In this document: one piece after another, positions 12,254 through 21,021 of the stretch | How positions within the stretch are numbered: position 1 is the first letter of the stretch | How the letters are laid out: every line of letters begins with the position of its first letter | From: an uncultured Deinococcaceae bacterium | GTDB lineage: Bacteria; Deinococcota; Deinococci; Deinococcales; Deinococcaceae | NCBI GenBank assembly: GCA_964252075.1 | Contig: CAXULY010000028.1 | Location: 9,366-73,365 of the forward strand | Direction: 5' to 3' | DNA: 64,000 nucleotides | The notes under the pieces: generated by a model | Databases searched by the model: none | What the model saw: only the letters and a program-made list of their open reading frames with translations | What the model was told of the DNA's origin: nothing | Translations under genes and position numbers: made by a program

Positions 12254-13225
12254 TTACTCCGCGTGGAGCACTTCGCTGATGAACACCCGCACGAGCCTGG
12301 GGTCGAAGGTGCGTCCCGCCTGCGCCCTCAGGTAATCCAGGGCGTCCGTGTGGGACCACGCGGCCTTATAAGACCGATCCGAGGTGAGCGCCTCGAACAC
12401 GTCCGCGATCGCCACGATGCGCGCCGCGAGCGGGATCTCCTCGGCCATCAGGCCGCAGGGGTACCCGGCGCCGTCCCACCGCTCATGGTGGTGCAGCACC
12501 ACTTCACGCACGCCCGCGGGCAGAAACGGCATGGTGTCCAGCAACTCCGCACCCCACACCGCGTGCTGCTGCACCAGCACCCGTTCCTGCGCGGACAGCG
12601 CGCCCGGCTTCAGCAGGATCTCGGACGGCACCCTTGATTTTCCCACGTCGTGCAGCGCCGCACCCCAGCGCACCACGCGCTGCTCCGCCACGCTGAGGCC
12701 CAGGGCCTGTGCCATCCGCTCGGCGTATGACACCAGCCGCTGCACATGCTGGCCCTTGTACACGTCCAGCGCGATGCCCAGGCAGTTCAGCGCCTGGTCA
12801 ATCGCTTCCTCAAGGCCCGCCACGCGCGCGTCCATGCGGAATTCCGCTTCCGCCTGCGGGCGCGCCCACTCCAGGCTGCCCGCGATGTAGCTGTCCGCGT
12901 GCTGCCACACGACCCGCACGCGCATGTCGAAGTTCTGCGTGCGCAGCATGGCCCGCTCACTCACGCCGAAGGCCGCCAGGAGGCCCTCCGGCGCGTCCTC
13001 GGTGGGAACGCGAAGCAGGGACGCCAGCGGGCGCCCCAGGCTGTCCGCGCGGCTCAGGCCTGTGAGGTGCTCCCAGGCACCACCGACCTCCACGAGCACG
13101 CCGCTGAGGTCCAGCAGGAACAGGGCCTGCGGTTGCAGGGACAGCAGGTGATGCAGGTTCGGGCGGGGACTGCCGCCCGTCTGCGGATAAGAGCGGGAGG
13201 GCGTCCCCCCGCCACTGCTGGCCAT
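12254..13225 (-). CDS. PAS-like + HD-GYP domain protein (putative cyclic-dinucleotide phosphodiesterase)
   Basis: PAS-like N-terminus (ALFLLDLSG...WEHLTGLSRADSLGRP); LHDVGK, HHHERWDGAGYP, ARIVAIADVFEAL; start codon uncertain. Confidence 0.88.
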   Translation of the reverse strand: MASSGGGTPSRSYPQTGGSPRPNLHHLLSLQPQALFLLDLSGVLVEVGGAWEHLTGLSRADSLGRPLASLLRVPTEDAPEGLLAAFGVSERAMLRTQNFDMRVRVVWQHADSYIAGSLEWARPQAEAEFRMDARVAGLEEAIDQALNCLGIALDVYKGQHVQRLVSYAERMAQALGLSVAEQRVVRWGAALHDVGKSRVPSEILLKPGALSAQERVLVQQHAVWGAELLDTMPFLPAGVREVVLHHHERWDGAGYPCGLMAEEIPLAARIVAIADVFEALTSDRSYKAAWSHTDALDYLRAQAGRTFDPRLVRVFISEVLHAE

Positions 13226-13256
13226 CTGAACCGCAACGCCATGCTTCACGAAACAA

Positions 13257-13418
13257 TCAATCCAGACCGAAGGTGCGGGGAGGGGGCGCGGCAAAGACGA
13301 GGCGGTCGAGCTTGCCCGCGAGCGCGGGCAGGACCGGCATGGGCGCGGGCTGCTGGAGCGCCGGCTTCTTCTCGTTGCGGGTGGGGACGTGACGGTTGCT
13401 TGGTGTCGTCATGCGCAT
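13257..13418 (-). CDS. 53-aa Pro-rich small protein
   Basis: MRMTTPSNRHVPTRNEKKPALQQPAPMPVLPALAGKLDRLVFAAPPPRTFGLD; its ATG overlaps the upstream stop (TGATG). Confidence 0.55.
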   Translation of the reverse strand: MRMTTPSNRHVPTRNEKKPALQQPAPMPVLPALAGKLDRLVFAAPPPRTFGLD

Positions 13419-13582
13419 CACACCCCGAAGTTGTTCTTGGTGGAGGTGATGACGTGCGACGAGGGCGACGTCACCTTGATGCTGCCCACCCCGAAGTTGT
13501 CTTTTGCCTCCGCGCCGACCACCAGCGCGCTGATAAGCTGAACGAAGACGGTGAGCTGCAGCAGGGTGCGAATGCACTTCAT
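13418..13582 (-). CDS. 54-aa secreted propeptide, candidate signalling-peptide precursor (absent from ORF track)
   Basis: Hand translation MKCIRTLLQLTVFVQLISALVVGAEA|KDNFGVGSIKVTSPSSHVITSTKNNFGV; n/h regions and an A-E-A site; TAATCT 6 nt before the ATG. Confidence 0.8.
   Translation of the reverse strand: MKCIRTLLQLTVFVQLISALVVGAEAKDNFGVGSIKVTSPSSHVITSTKNNFGV
13421..13500. repeat. exact 14-bp direct repeat encoding the duplicated NFGV motif
   Basis: CACCCCGAAGTTGT at 13421-13434 and 13487-13500. Confidence 0.9.
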
Positions 13583-13588
13583 GAAGAC

Positions 13589-13632
13589 AGATTAAGACTG
13601 CGGCTGTGAAGGAGTTGTGAACACCCTGTGGA
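13589..13632. promoter_or_regulatory. divergent promoter region with three 11-bp-phased direct repeats
   Basis: TGTGAA (13605), TGTGAA (13616), TGTGGA (13627); minus-strand -10 TAATCT at 13594-13589. Confidence 0.65.
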
Positions 13633-15499
13633 ACAGCTTTTTTCCGCTTTTGCATCACAGCAGTACGAGGCGGTCCTCACAGCAGCGGAGGCGCTGGACC
13701 AGGGCAGTCCCATCGTACAGCGCTTCATCGGTATTTCGCTGCTGCGCCTGACGCGCTTTGAGGAGGCCGAGCCGTGGTTGCTGCGCGCCTACGCCCAGGA
13801 CGACCAGGAAGGCACCGTCGAGTACGGCAACCTGCTGCGCGCCACAGGGCGACTGCAGGACGCCCTGCGGGTCTTCCAGGCGGTGAGCCCCTCGCTGTCC
13901 GGTGAGCTTCAGCTGCGCTGCCTGCGCTGGTGGGGCATCACCCAGTACCTGCTGGGCGACTGGGCGCAGGGCCTCTCGAAGTGCGAGCGGTCGTGGCTCG
14001 GTTACCTCTCCATGCACGACGAGGAAACGGCGAGCAAAATCGCGCAGAACCTCGCCATCATCTACCGCAACCTCGGAAATTACGCGAAGGCCGAGAAGTA
14101 CCTGAAGCAGTGCCTGAGTTACGCGCACACAGATGGGAACTTCCGGTTGAACCTGTGCGTGACGCTCGCCGACCTGTACATCGAGATGGGGGACGTGAGG
14201 AGCGCCGAGCGCTACATCACGGACGGTGAAGCCATCCGGCACCTCGGCAACATGAACACGCAGATGCACCTCCTCGCCTCGCGCGCGAGCCTCCTCGAGA
14301 TCACCGGCATTGACCACACGTACGGCCCCACGCTGGAGGAGATCTACCGCTTCGCGAAAGACGACCACCAGTACGACCTGCTCATCTGGTCCTCCATGAA
14401 GCTCATCGATTACCTCTCGCAGCGCGGCGACTTCACGCAGGCCCTCAAGATTGTGTACGCCATGGGCATGTCCACGCAGGACCTCCCCACCGAACTGGCG
14501 CTCGCGAAGGCGTTGATTCACCGCCGACAGGGAGATCTCGTGACCGCCATCCGTGAACTGGAGCAGATCCGCGCGTCCTTCGCCACGCTGGAGCCCAACA
14601 AGAACTCCATCACGGCCCTGCTGCACCTGGGGTTCGCGTACTACATGCAGCAGGACTTCGAACATTCCCTCGCGGCGCTGCGCGAGGCGCTGGAGGGCTT
14701 CCTGCGGCTGGACTCCCACACGGCCTTCAAGCCGGTGCTGGAGGAGATGTCGGAACTGCTGCACTACGCGGCGCTGGAGCCGTCCCTCGCGCCGTACCTG
14801 GAGCCCGTGATGGACAGCATGGCGGACCTGCTGGGCAACAACCCGCGCGCGGCGGGCGAGCAGATCCGGGTGCAGGTGTACACCTTCGGGCAGGTGAGTG
14901 TCGCGGTGGAAGGCACGCCCGTGCAGCTGTCCCTGCGTGGCAGCGTCCCGCTGCTCGCGTACCTCGCGCTGCGCCCCAACCGCACGCGGGCGGAACTGCA
15001 GAACGACCTGTACCCGGACAAGGAGCCGGACGCGGCGAGCGCGTACGTGCGCCAGAGCATCCGCGAGCTGCGTGAGCGGCTGGGGCGCGACGTGATCGTG
15101 CACGAGGGTCCGCACAACCAGCCGCGCTACCGGCTGGGTGGCACCGTGCGCCTGGACCTGGACCTGCAGCGCTTCGACACGGCGGTGCAGCAGGGTGAGC
15201 TGGCGCGCGCGCTGGCGCTGTACCGCGGGGAGTTCCTGCCGGGCTTCGAGGAGAGCGAGTGGGTCCGCACGCGGCGCGAGGAGGCGCGGCTGTCCCTGGC
15301 CTTCGAGCTGCGCAACCAGATCGCGCGGTTCATGGAGGAGCGCGAGTGGCGGCGCGTGATTCTGCTCGCCAACCAGTACCTGCGCGTCGACCCCTACGAT
15401 CAGGAGGTGCTGGGGTTGCGCGTGGAGGCCGCGCACCGGGTGGGGAGCGCGGCGGAACTCGCGCGGTACGTGGCGCAGTTCAAGGCGATGGACAACTGA
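13628..15499 (+). CDS. TPR-repeat protein with C-terminal winged-HTH/BTAD (SARP/DnrI-like) regulator module
   Basis: About 400 aa of TPR-like helical pairs (e.g. NLAIIYRNLGNYAKAEKYL); then VYTFGQVSV...LLAYLAL...LYPD...RELRERLG...ALALYRGEFLPG...EWV. Confidence 0.88.
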   Translation: MEQLFSAFASQQYEAVLTAAEALDQGSPIVQRFIGISLLRLTRFEEAEPWLLRAYAQDDQEGTVEYGNLLRATGRLQDALRVFQAVSPSLSGELQLRCLRWWGITQYLLGDWAQGLSKCERSWLGYLSMHDEETASKIAQNLAIIYRNLGNYAKAEKYLKQCLSYAHTDGNFRLNLCVTLADLYIEMGDVRSAERYITDGEAIRHLGNMNTQMHLLASRASLLEITGIDHTYGPTLEEIYRFAKDDHQYDLLIWSSMKLIDYLSQRGDFTQALKIVYAMGMSTQDLPTELALAKALIHRRQGDLVTAIRELEQIRASFATLEPNKNSITALLHLGFAYYMQQDFEHSLAALREALEGFLRLDSHTAFKPVLEEMSELLHYAALEPSLAPYLEPVMDSMADLLGNNPRAAGEQIRVQVYTFGQVSVAVEGTPVQLSLRGSVPLLAYLALRPNRTRAELQNDLYPDKEPDAASAYVRQSIRELRERLGRDVIVHEGPHNQPRYRLGGTVRLDLDLQRFDTAVQQGELARALALYRGEFLPGFEESEWVRTRREEARLSLAFELRNQIARFMEEREWRRVILLANQYLRVDPYDQEVLGLRVEAAHRVGSAAELARYVAQFKAMDN

Positions 15500-15503
15500 C
15501 GCG

Positions 15504-16064
15504 TCAGCGCACGAGCGTGAGGGTCAGCGCGCCATCCGCGTAGGGCGCGACCTTCGCGGTCTTGCCGGTGCTGATGCTGAGCGCGTTCCAGCCGCGCTTC
15601 AGGTTCGCGTCGAAGCCGCGCGCCGCCTCCACGCGCGTGTCGCCATTCACCCACACCAGCACCACCGCGTCACGCCCGGAGCGCAGCGGCGTCTCGAACT
15701 GCGCCTCGCCGCTGTCGAAGTGACCGTTGCCGTTACTGTCCGCGTAGATGTACGCGCGCAACTCGCCCGCCGACACCTCCTGGCTGAGCTTCACGGGTTC
15801 GAGCACGCCGGGCCACGCGATGTTCTCGCGCCGCAGGGGGAACTGCGCGCTGGTGGCGGGCGCCGCGTCCGGCACCGCGAGGCTGAACCGCCCGTTCTGG
15901 ATGGGTGTGCTGGCGAACTCGCTGACGGCGGCGCCGGAGGCGCCCACCAGGAACACGCCGACGCGGGCGTTGTCCGGCAGGTCCGGCCCGGCCGCGCCGC
16001 TCAGGTTCAGGGCGCCCGCGAGACCGCAGGTGGTGAGGGTGACGACGGCCAGCCAGCGCTTCAT
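15504..16064 (-). CDS. secreted hypothetical protein with DxNxNG Ca-binding-like loop
   Basis: Signal peptide MKRWLAVV...; YADSNGNGHFDSGE; LKRGWN; TATACT-N6-ATG. Confidence 0.75.
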   Translation of the reverse strand: MKRWLAVVTLTTCGLAGALNLSGAAGPDLPDNARVGVFLVGASGAAVSEFASTPIQNGRFSLAVPDAAPATSAQFPLRRENIAWPGVLEPVKLSQEVSAGELRAYIYADSNGNGHFDSGEAQFETPLRSGRDAVVLVWVNGDTRVEAARGFDANLKRGWNALSISTGKTAKVAPYADGALTLTLVR

Positions 16065-16120
16065 GGCGGCAGTATAGAGGCCGCCCCTGATGCACGCGTG
16101 ACGATCTGCGCTGCGTTCCT

Positions 16121-16738
16121 TCAGGCCCGTCCCGCTTGCGTCTCCGCCATGCGGCGCTCCAGGTCGCGCAGCGCGGCGGTGTCCTCGGCGTCCTCGAAGG
16201 CTGCGCGGGCGCGTTCGTAATGCTGCGCCGCCTCGTCCGGTCGCTGCTCCGCGGTGCACAGGTCCCCCAGGCCGCGTTCCGCGCAGCCCAGCGCGACAGG
16301 GTCGTCCTGACGGCGGGCGTTCGCGAGGCTGCGCTCCAGCTCGGCGCGCGCTTCCGGCAGGTGCCCGAGGTGCAGGTGAACGGTGCCCAGCTCGTAGGCG
16401 TTCACGGCCTGCTTGTGCGGTCGGTCCCCGAGCGCGGCGATCAGCGCGGCTTCCTCCTCGAAGCGGGCGAGGGCGGTGGGCCAGTCACCCGCGAGGCGTT
16501 CCACCATGCCGAGCTGGTGCAGGGCGATGTGCTCCCAGTCGTCGCCTTCCGCGCGCGCTTCGTCGCGCAACGCGGTGTAGACCGCGCGCGCCTCGTCAAA
16601 ACGCTCGGTGAAGGCGTACACGTACCCGAGCGCCATCTGCCCGGCCCGACCTGAGCGCAGGTCAGGGTCCTGATTCAGCTGGCGCTCGGCGTCGGGGTAG
16701 CGGCCCTCGTCAATGGCAGCCCAGATGTCGTGCAGCAT
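16121..16738 (-). CDS. tetratricopeptide repeat protein
   Basis: ALHQLGMVERLAGDW, AYELGTVHLHLGHL, GLGDL TPR-like repeats. Confidence 0.8.
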   Translation of the reverse strand: MLHDIWAAIDEGRYPDAERQLNQDPDLRSGRAGQMALGYVYAFTERFDEARAVYTALRDEARAEGDDWEHIALHQLGMVERLAGDWPTALARFEEEAALIAALGDRPHKQAVNAYELGTVHLHLGHLPEARAELERSLANARRQDDPVALGCAERGLGDLCTAEQRPDEAAQHYERARAAFEDAEDTAALRDLERRMAETQAGRA

Positions 16739-16774
16739 GCTGTTACGTTATGCCCACGGCGCGCCGGGGACATG

Positions 16775-16800
16775 AAAAAACCCCACCGGTGGGGTGGGGA
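16775..16800 (-). terminator. terminator downstream of tRNA-fMet
   Basis: CCCCAC-cg-GTGGGG hairpin followed by a T-run on the minus strand. Confidence 0.7.
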
Positions 16801-16881
<81 letters not shown>

Positions 16882-17012
16882 CGGTTTTTGCGCTCGGGCA
16901 CTGCCTTCTCGCGCTCAAAAATACTAGCGCGGAGGTGCCGGGTCGTCAAGGGCCGGGATTCGAATGTGAGCTTGGCCATGCAGCCGAGCGCTTTATTTGT
17001 TAAAGTGACGGC

Positions 17013-17264
17013 ATGATCAAGATGTACACGACCAGCTGGTGCTCCGACTGCGCCGCCACCAAAACCGCGCTGAAGAACAAGGGCATCGCCTTCGAGGAAA
17101 TCAACATCGAGGAACACCCGGAAGCGGCCGAGTACGTGATGCAGGTGAACGAGGGCCGCCGCAGCGTCCCCACCCTGGAGTACGGCGGCGTCGCGGCCAG
17201 CCTGAGCCGCTTCACGCCCGCCAAACTCGCGGACTTCCTGCAGCGCAGCGGCGCCCAGGGCTGA
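17013..17264 (+). CDS. glutaredoxin/mycoredoxin-like protein
   Basis: MYTTSWCSDC, RSVPTL. Confidence 0.9.
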   Translation: MIKMYTTSWCSDCAATKTALKNKGIAFEEINIEEHPEAAEYVMQVNEGRRSVPTLEYGGVAASLSRFTPAKLADFLQRSGAQG

Positions 17265-17275
17265 CGCACCAGCGC

Positions 17276-17312
17276 GACGAGGGGAACGGGTTGAAGGCCC
17301 GTTCCCCTTGTC
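17276..17312. terminator. bidirectional terminator
   Basis: GACGAGGGGAACGGG-ttgaagg-CCCGTTCCCCTTGTC between convergent genes. Confidence 0.75.
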
Positions 17313-17350
17313 ATTTCAGCGCGGGCTGGCCAGCCCGCACCCTGCCCGGT

Positions 17351-18430
17351 TCACGCGGAAGGCGCGGGTTCCGCCGCCAGCACCCGCTCCACCCGCGCGC
17401 CCAGGCCGGTCAGCACCTCGTAACTGATGGTGCCCGCCCAATCGCCCACCGTGTCGGCGGTCACCTCGTCCGGCCCGAACACCTCCACCCAGTCGCCCAC
17501 CTGCACGTCCAGCCCCGTCACGTCCACCATGCACTGGTCCATGCAGATGCGCCCCAGCACGGGCCGCCACTCGCCCGCCACCCGCACGCGCGCCCGCCCC
17601 GTCGCGGGCCGCGGGTAGCCGTCCGCGTACCCCACGCCCAGCACCGCCACGCGCGTCTCACGCTCCGCCGTCCACAACGCGCCATAACTCACGCCCTCAC
17701 CCGCCGCGACGGTCTGCAGCAGGTTCACGCGCGCCCGCAGGGTGAGGGCCGGCCTCAAGGGCAGCTGACCGCGCAGGTGCGGCTCCGGCGCGTACCCGTA
17801 ACTCGCGATGCCCGGCCGCACGAGGTCGAACGCCGCGCGCGCGCCGTAATTAAAGATGGCGCCACTGTTGCTGACGTGCGCCATGACGCCCGGCAGGGCC
17901 GCGCGCACCCCCACAAACCGCGCGAGCTGCCGGTCCGCACTCTCCAGGTCCGGCCCCTCACTCGCCGCGAAGTGCGTGAATACCCCCTCCAGCTGACCCC
18001 GCGCCTGCAACTGCCGCGCCACCAGCACCGCGGTGTCCGGAAGGGCGCCCAGGCGGTTCATGCCGGTGTTCACCTTCAGGTGCGCGCGCGCCCCCACCGG
18101 CAGGCGCGCCGCCTCCTCAGCGCTCGACACCGTGACGCGCACGTCGAGCGCCACCAGCTCCGCCAGCTCACTGCCGTCCGCGGGCGTGAGCAGCAAGACG
18201 GGCTTGCGGACGCCCGCAGCGCGCAACTCGGCGGCCTCCAGGGGCGTGGCGACGCCATACCCCCACACCACGTCTAGCCCCTCCGTGGCGCGCCCCACCA
18301 GCGCAAGGCCGTGCCCGTAGGCGTTCGCCTTCACCGGCAGCAGGACCGGCGCACCCACATGGGCGCTCAGGGCGCGCAGGTTCTGGACGAGGGCGGCAGG
18401 GGAGACCTCAGCGCGGGCGCGGGAGAGCAT
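17351..18430 (-). CDS. alr: alanine racemase
   Basis: VKANAYGHG, KVNTGMNRLG, VSYG, GYADGYPR, GRICMDQ, TISYE. Confidence 0.97.
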   Translation of the reverse strand: MLSRARAEVSPAALVQNLRALSAHVGAPVLLPVKANAYGHGLALVGRATEGLDVVWGYGVATPLEAAELRAAGVRKPVLLLTPADGSELAELVALDVRVTVSSAEEAARLPVGARAHLKVNTGMNRLGALPDTAVLVARQLQARGQLEGVFTHFAASEGPDLESADRQLARFVGVRAALPGVMAHVSNSGAIFNYGARAAFDLVRPGIASYGYAPEPHLRGQLPLRPALTLRARVNLLQTVAAGEGVSYGALWTAERETRVAVLGVGYADGYPRPATGRARVRVAGEWRPVLGRICMDQCMVDVTGLDVQVGDWVEVFGPDEVTADTVGDWAGTISYEVLTGLGARVERVLAAEPAPSA

Positions 18431-18952
18431 GAGGTCAGGATACTGTCGCGCGGCGGGCCGAGGTGGGAGAGGTGGATGCTATGGGGAATAGCGTCAAGTC
18501 CAACCCTGAGGCACGCCGTTCCAGGATGGTACCAACGCGGTTGCGGGAAGCGGGAAGGTTGATCGGTGTCAGCCCCCGCACCGCTCGAGCGCACCCCATG
18601 GCGATGAAGGGCCGAGGTCGCTTCTTCAATGGCCACTGAACTGGCCCTCCGGCACCTCGCGACGCGCTGGGTGAGTGCAGTCACGAAGCCGATTAGGAAG
18701 GGCCATCGAGTGCCCACGAAGCGGACGAAGCCCGCCAGTACGGGGCCACCCACTGGCCCCACACCTGGGAAGTCTTCCTGGCGTCCGCATGCACGAGGGA
18801 CGCCTCCGACTCAGGCACGGTGATCGCCGACGCGGCTGGTCTGATGCGTGGGTGCGACACGCGCCGCAGGTCGTTCGTGCGGTCGTCGCCGAGCGGCTCA
18901 GCGCCCTGCACGGGGCGCGGCGGGCGGTCCACGTCCCTTCGGTTCTCCGGCC

Positions 18953-19666
18953 TTATAGGCGCGCCTGCACGTCCTGGACCGCGCCGTCCCGCACGTGTAA
19001 GATGGTGTGCGCGAGGGCCGCCACGTCGTTGTCGTGCGTGATGAGCACCACCGTGCGGCCCTCGCCCGCCGCGCCCGTGATGAGGTCCAGGATGCTGGCG
19101 CCCGTGCGACTGTCGAGGTTCCCCGTGGGTTCGTCCGCCAGCAGGAGGTCCGGGCCGTTCACGAGCGCCCGCGCGATCGCGACGCGCTGCTGCTCGCCGC
19201 CGGAGAGCTGCGCGGGCAGGTGATGGGCGCGGCGCTCCAGGCCCACCCGCGCGAGGAGTTCCGCCGCCCGATCGCGCCGCTCGCGTGGTGGGACGCCCGC
19301 GAGCGCGAGCGGGAACTCCACGTTCTCCTGCGCGCTCAGGATCGCCACGAGGTTGTAATTCTGGAACACGAAGCCGTAATGCGCGAGTCGGAAGGCCGCG
19401 CGGCCCGCCTCACCGAGCGCACCGAGGTCCGTGCCGTGCGCCAGCACCCGCCCGGAACTCGGGGTGTCGAAGCCCGCGAGGAGGTTCAGGAGGGTGCTCT
19501 TGCCGCTCCCGGATGGGCCCACCACGGCGGTCAGGCCCGGCGTGAATGCGTGCGTGAAGTGCGACAGGGCCGTCACGGTCCCGTCGCCGCTCGGGTAGGT
19601 TCTGGAGAGGTCCTCGACGCGCAGCGCGGTGCGCGCGTCCACCGGGGCGTCTCGCGTCACGGTCAC
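18953..19666 (-). CDS. ABC transporter ATP-binding protein (LolD/MacB-like)
   Basis: [33 protein letters not shown]. Confidence 0.93.
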   Translation of the reverse strand: MTVTRDAPVDARTALRVEDLSRTYPSGDGTVTALSHFTHAFTPGLTAVVGPSGSGKSTLLNLLAGFDTPSSGRVLAHGTDLGALGEAGRAAFRLAHYGFVFQNYNLVAILSAQENVEFPLALAGVPPRERRDRAAELLARVGLERRAHHLPAQLSGGEQQRVAIARALVNGPDLLLADEPTGNLDSRTGASILDLITGAAGEGRTVVLITHDNDVAALAHTILHVRDGAVQDVQARL

Positions 19667-20826
19667 ACCCGCCCCAGCGCTTCCGTGATGGGGATGCGGC
19701 CCGCCGAGCGCGCGGGCAGCAGGCCCGCGACCAGCCCCAGGATCAGGGACACCAGCACGGACAGCGCCACCAGACGCGGCGTGAGCGCCGCCGCGTCAAT
19801 CGCGGCGAGCTGCTGCGTGTACAGGTTCACGCCCCAGATGCCCACCAGCCCCAGCAGCACGCCGCCCACGCCGCCCACCACCGCGAGGAGCAGGCTCTCG
19901 GTCAGCACGAGGCTCCGCACGAAGTTCGGTTTCGCGCCGATGGCGCGCAGCGTCCCGAACTCGCGCGTGCGCTCGAACACCCCCATCATGACGGTGTTCG
20001 CGACCGCGAGGCCCCCCACGATCAGCGCGATCAGGGAGATGCCGAAACGCACCGCGTCACTGATGCGCAGCGCCTGCTCGATGAACTTCAGGAGGTCGCC
20101 CTGCGTCTGCGCGGAGACCTTCAGGCGCGCGGAGAGCGCCTTGGCGACCTCGCGCGCGCGGGTGGAGTCACTGAGTTTCAGGGAGATGGCGCTCAGGCGG
20201 CCCTCCGCGCCCGTGGCGCGCTGCAGGGTGTTCAGCGGCAGGAAGATGAAGCTGTCCGTGAGGCCGCCCGCCTCCTGCAGCACCCCCACCACGCGCACGC
20301 TGGCGCGCGGCGTGAGGCGCAGGGTGCTGCCGAGCTTCAGGTTCGCGTTCTGCGCGGCCTTCACGCCCACCACCGCGACGCCCTGCCCGCTGTCCGCGGG
20401 CGTCAGCAGGCGCCCCTGCGCGACTTCCGCGCTCGGCACGGCCGCGCGGATGCCCGCGCCCGTGGTGGGCAGGCCGTACAGCAGGAACTGCTGGCCGGGC
20501 GCGAAACCCCCGCGCGCCGAGATGATAGCGGGCGTGATGGTCGTGATGCCGTACTCCGGCGCGAGGCGCTGCAGGTCCGCGACGGTGCTCTGCGGGAGGT
20601 CCGCGCCCGAGATGAAGCCGCTGTCCAGCCCGCTGAGGCTCACCTGGATGTCCGGCCCGACGTTGCTGAGCTGCTGCGTGAACACCCGCCGGATGCCCTC
20701 GCCCAGCGACAGGAAAATCACCATGCTGGCCACCGCGACCACGATGCCGAGCGCGGTCAGCACCGTGCGGACGGGCCGCCGGGTCAGGCCGCGCCACGCC
20801 AGGCGCCACAGGTCGGCGGGCTTCAA
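19663..20826 (-). CDS. ABC transporter permease (FtsX/MacB-like)
   Basis: RTVLTALGI, periplasmic domain, [20 protein letters not shown]. Confidence 0.92.
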   Translation of the reverse strand: MKPADLWRLAWRGLTRRPVRTVLTALGIVVAVASMVIFLSLGEGIRRVFTQQLSNVGPDIQVSLSGLDSGFISGADLPQSTVADLQRLAPEYGITTITPAIISARGGFAPGQQFLLYGLPTTGAGIRAAVPSAEVAQGRLLTPADSGQGVAVVGVKAAQNANLKLGSTLRLTPRASVRVVGVLQEAGGLTDSFIFLPLNTLQRATGAEGRLSAISLKLSDSTRAREVAKALSARLKVSAQTQGDLLKFIEQALRISDAVRFGISLIALIVGGLAVANTVMMGVFERTREFGTLRAIGAKPNFVRSLVLTESLLLAVVGGVGGVLLGLVGIWGVNLYTQQLAAIDAAALTPRLVALSVLVSLILGLVAGLLPARSAGRIPITEALGRV

Positions 20827-21021
20827 GCTGCGCTCCTCATGCCGCCCAGGCTACCCCAGGTCACCGCGGCGCTCAGGGTGAATTCGTCCTGAAGGGCAGG
20901 TCAGGTGGGTGGCGCGGTCACACGGGGCTTCTCGGTGGCGCGGTGGCGGTGGGCGCTGCGGGATGAGGGCGCTTCAGGCTCTCCTCGCCGTGCGGTCAGA
21001 AACCTTGCATAGAGTGACGCC

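Noticed and set aside
13257..13418. Lasso-peptide or other RiPP precursor interpretation of the 53-aa ORF (PVL...G.L..L pattern)
   Set aside because: No YxxP or penultimate Thr, and no lasso cyclase, peptidase, RRE or other modifying enzyme in the window.
13421..13500. Direct repeat as a mini-CRISPR or att site
   Set aside because: Only two 14-bp copies, in frame within a coding sequence; no cas or integrase gene nearby.
13257..13658. 133-aa ORF-track call spanning the peptide locus
   Set aside because: Its 5' part overlaps the regulator start and the better-supported 54-aa signal-peptide ORF; only the last 53 codons are retained.
16121..16738. Stand-alone TPR protein as part of the peptide-signalling locus
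   Set aside because: Separately oriented with its own leaderless start, no adjacent propeptide and no phased repeats; no evidence beyond proximity.
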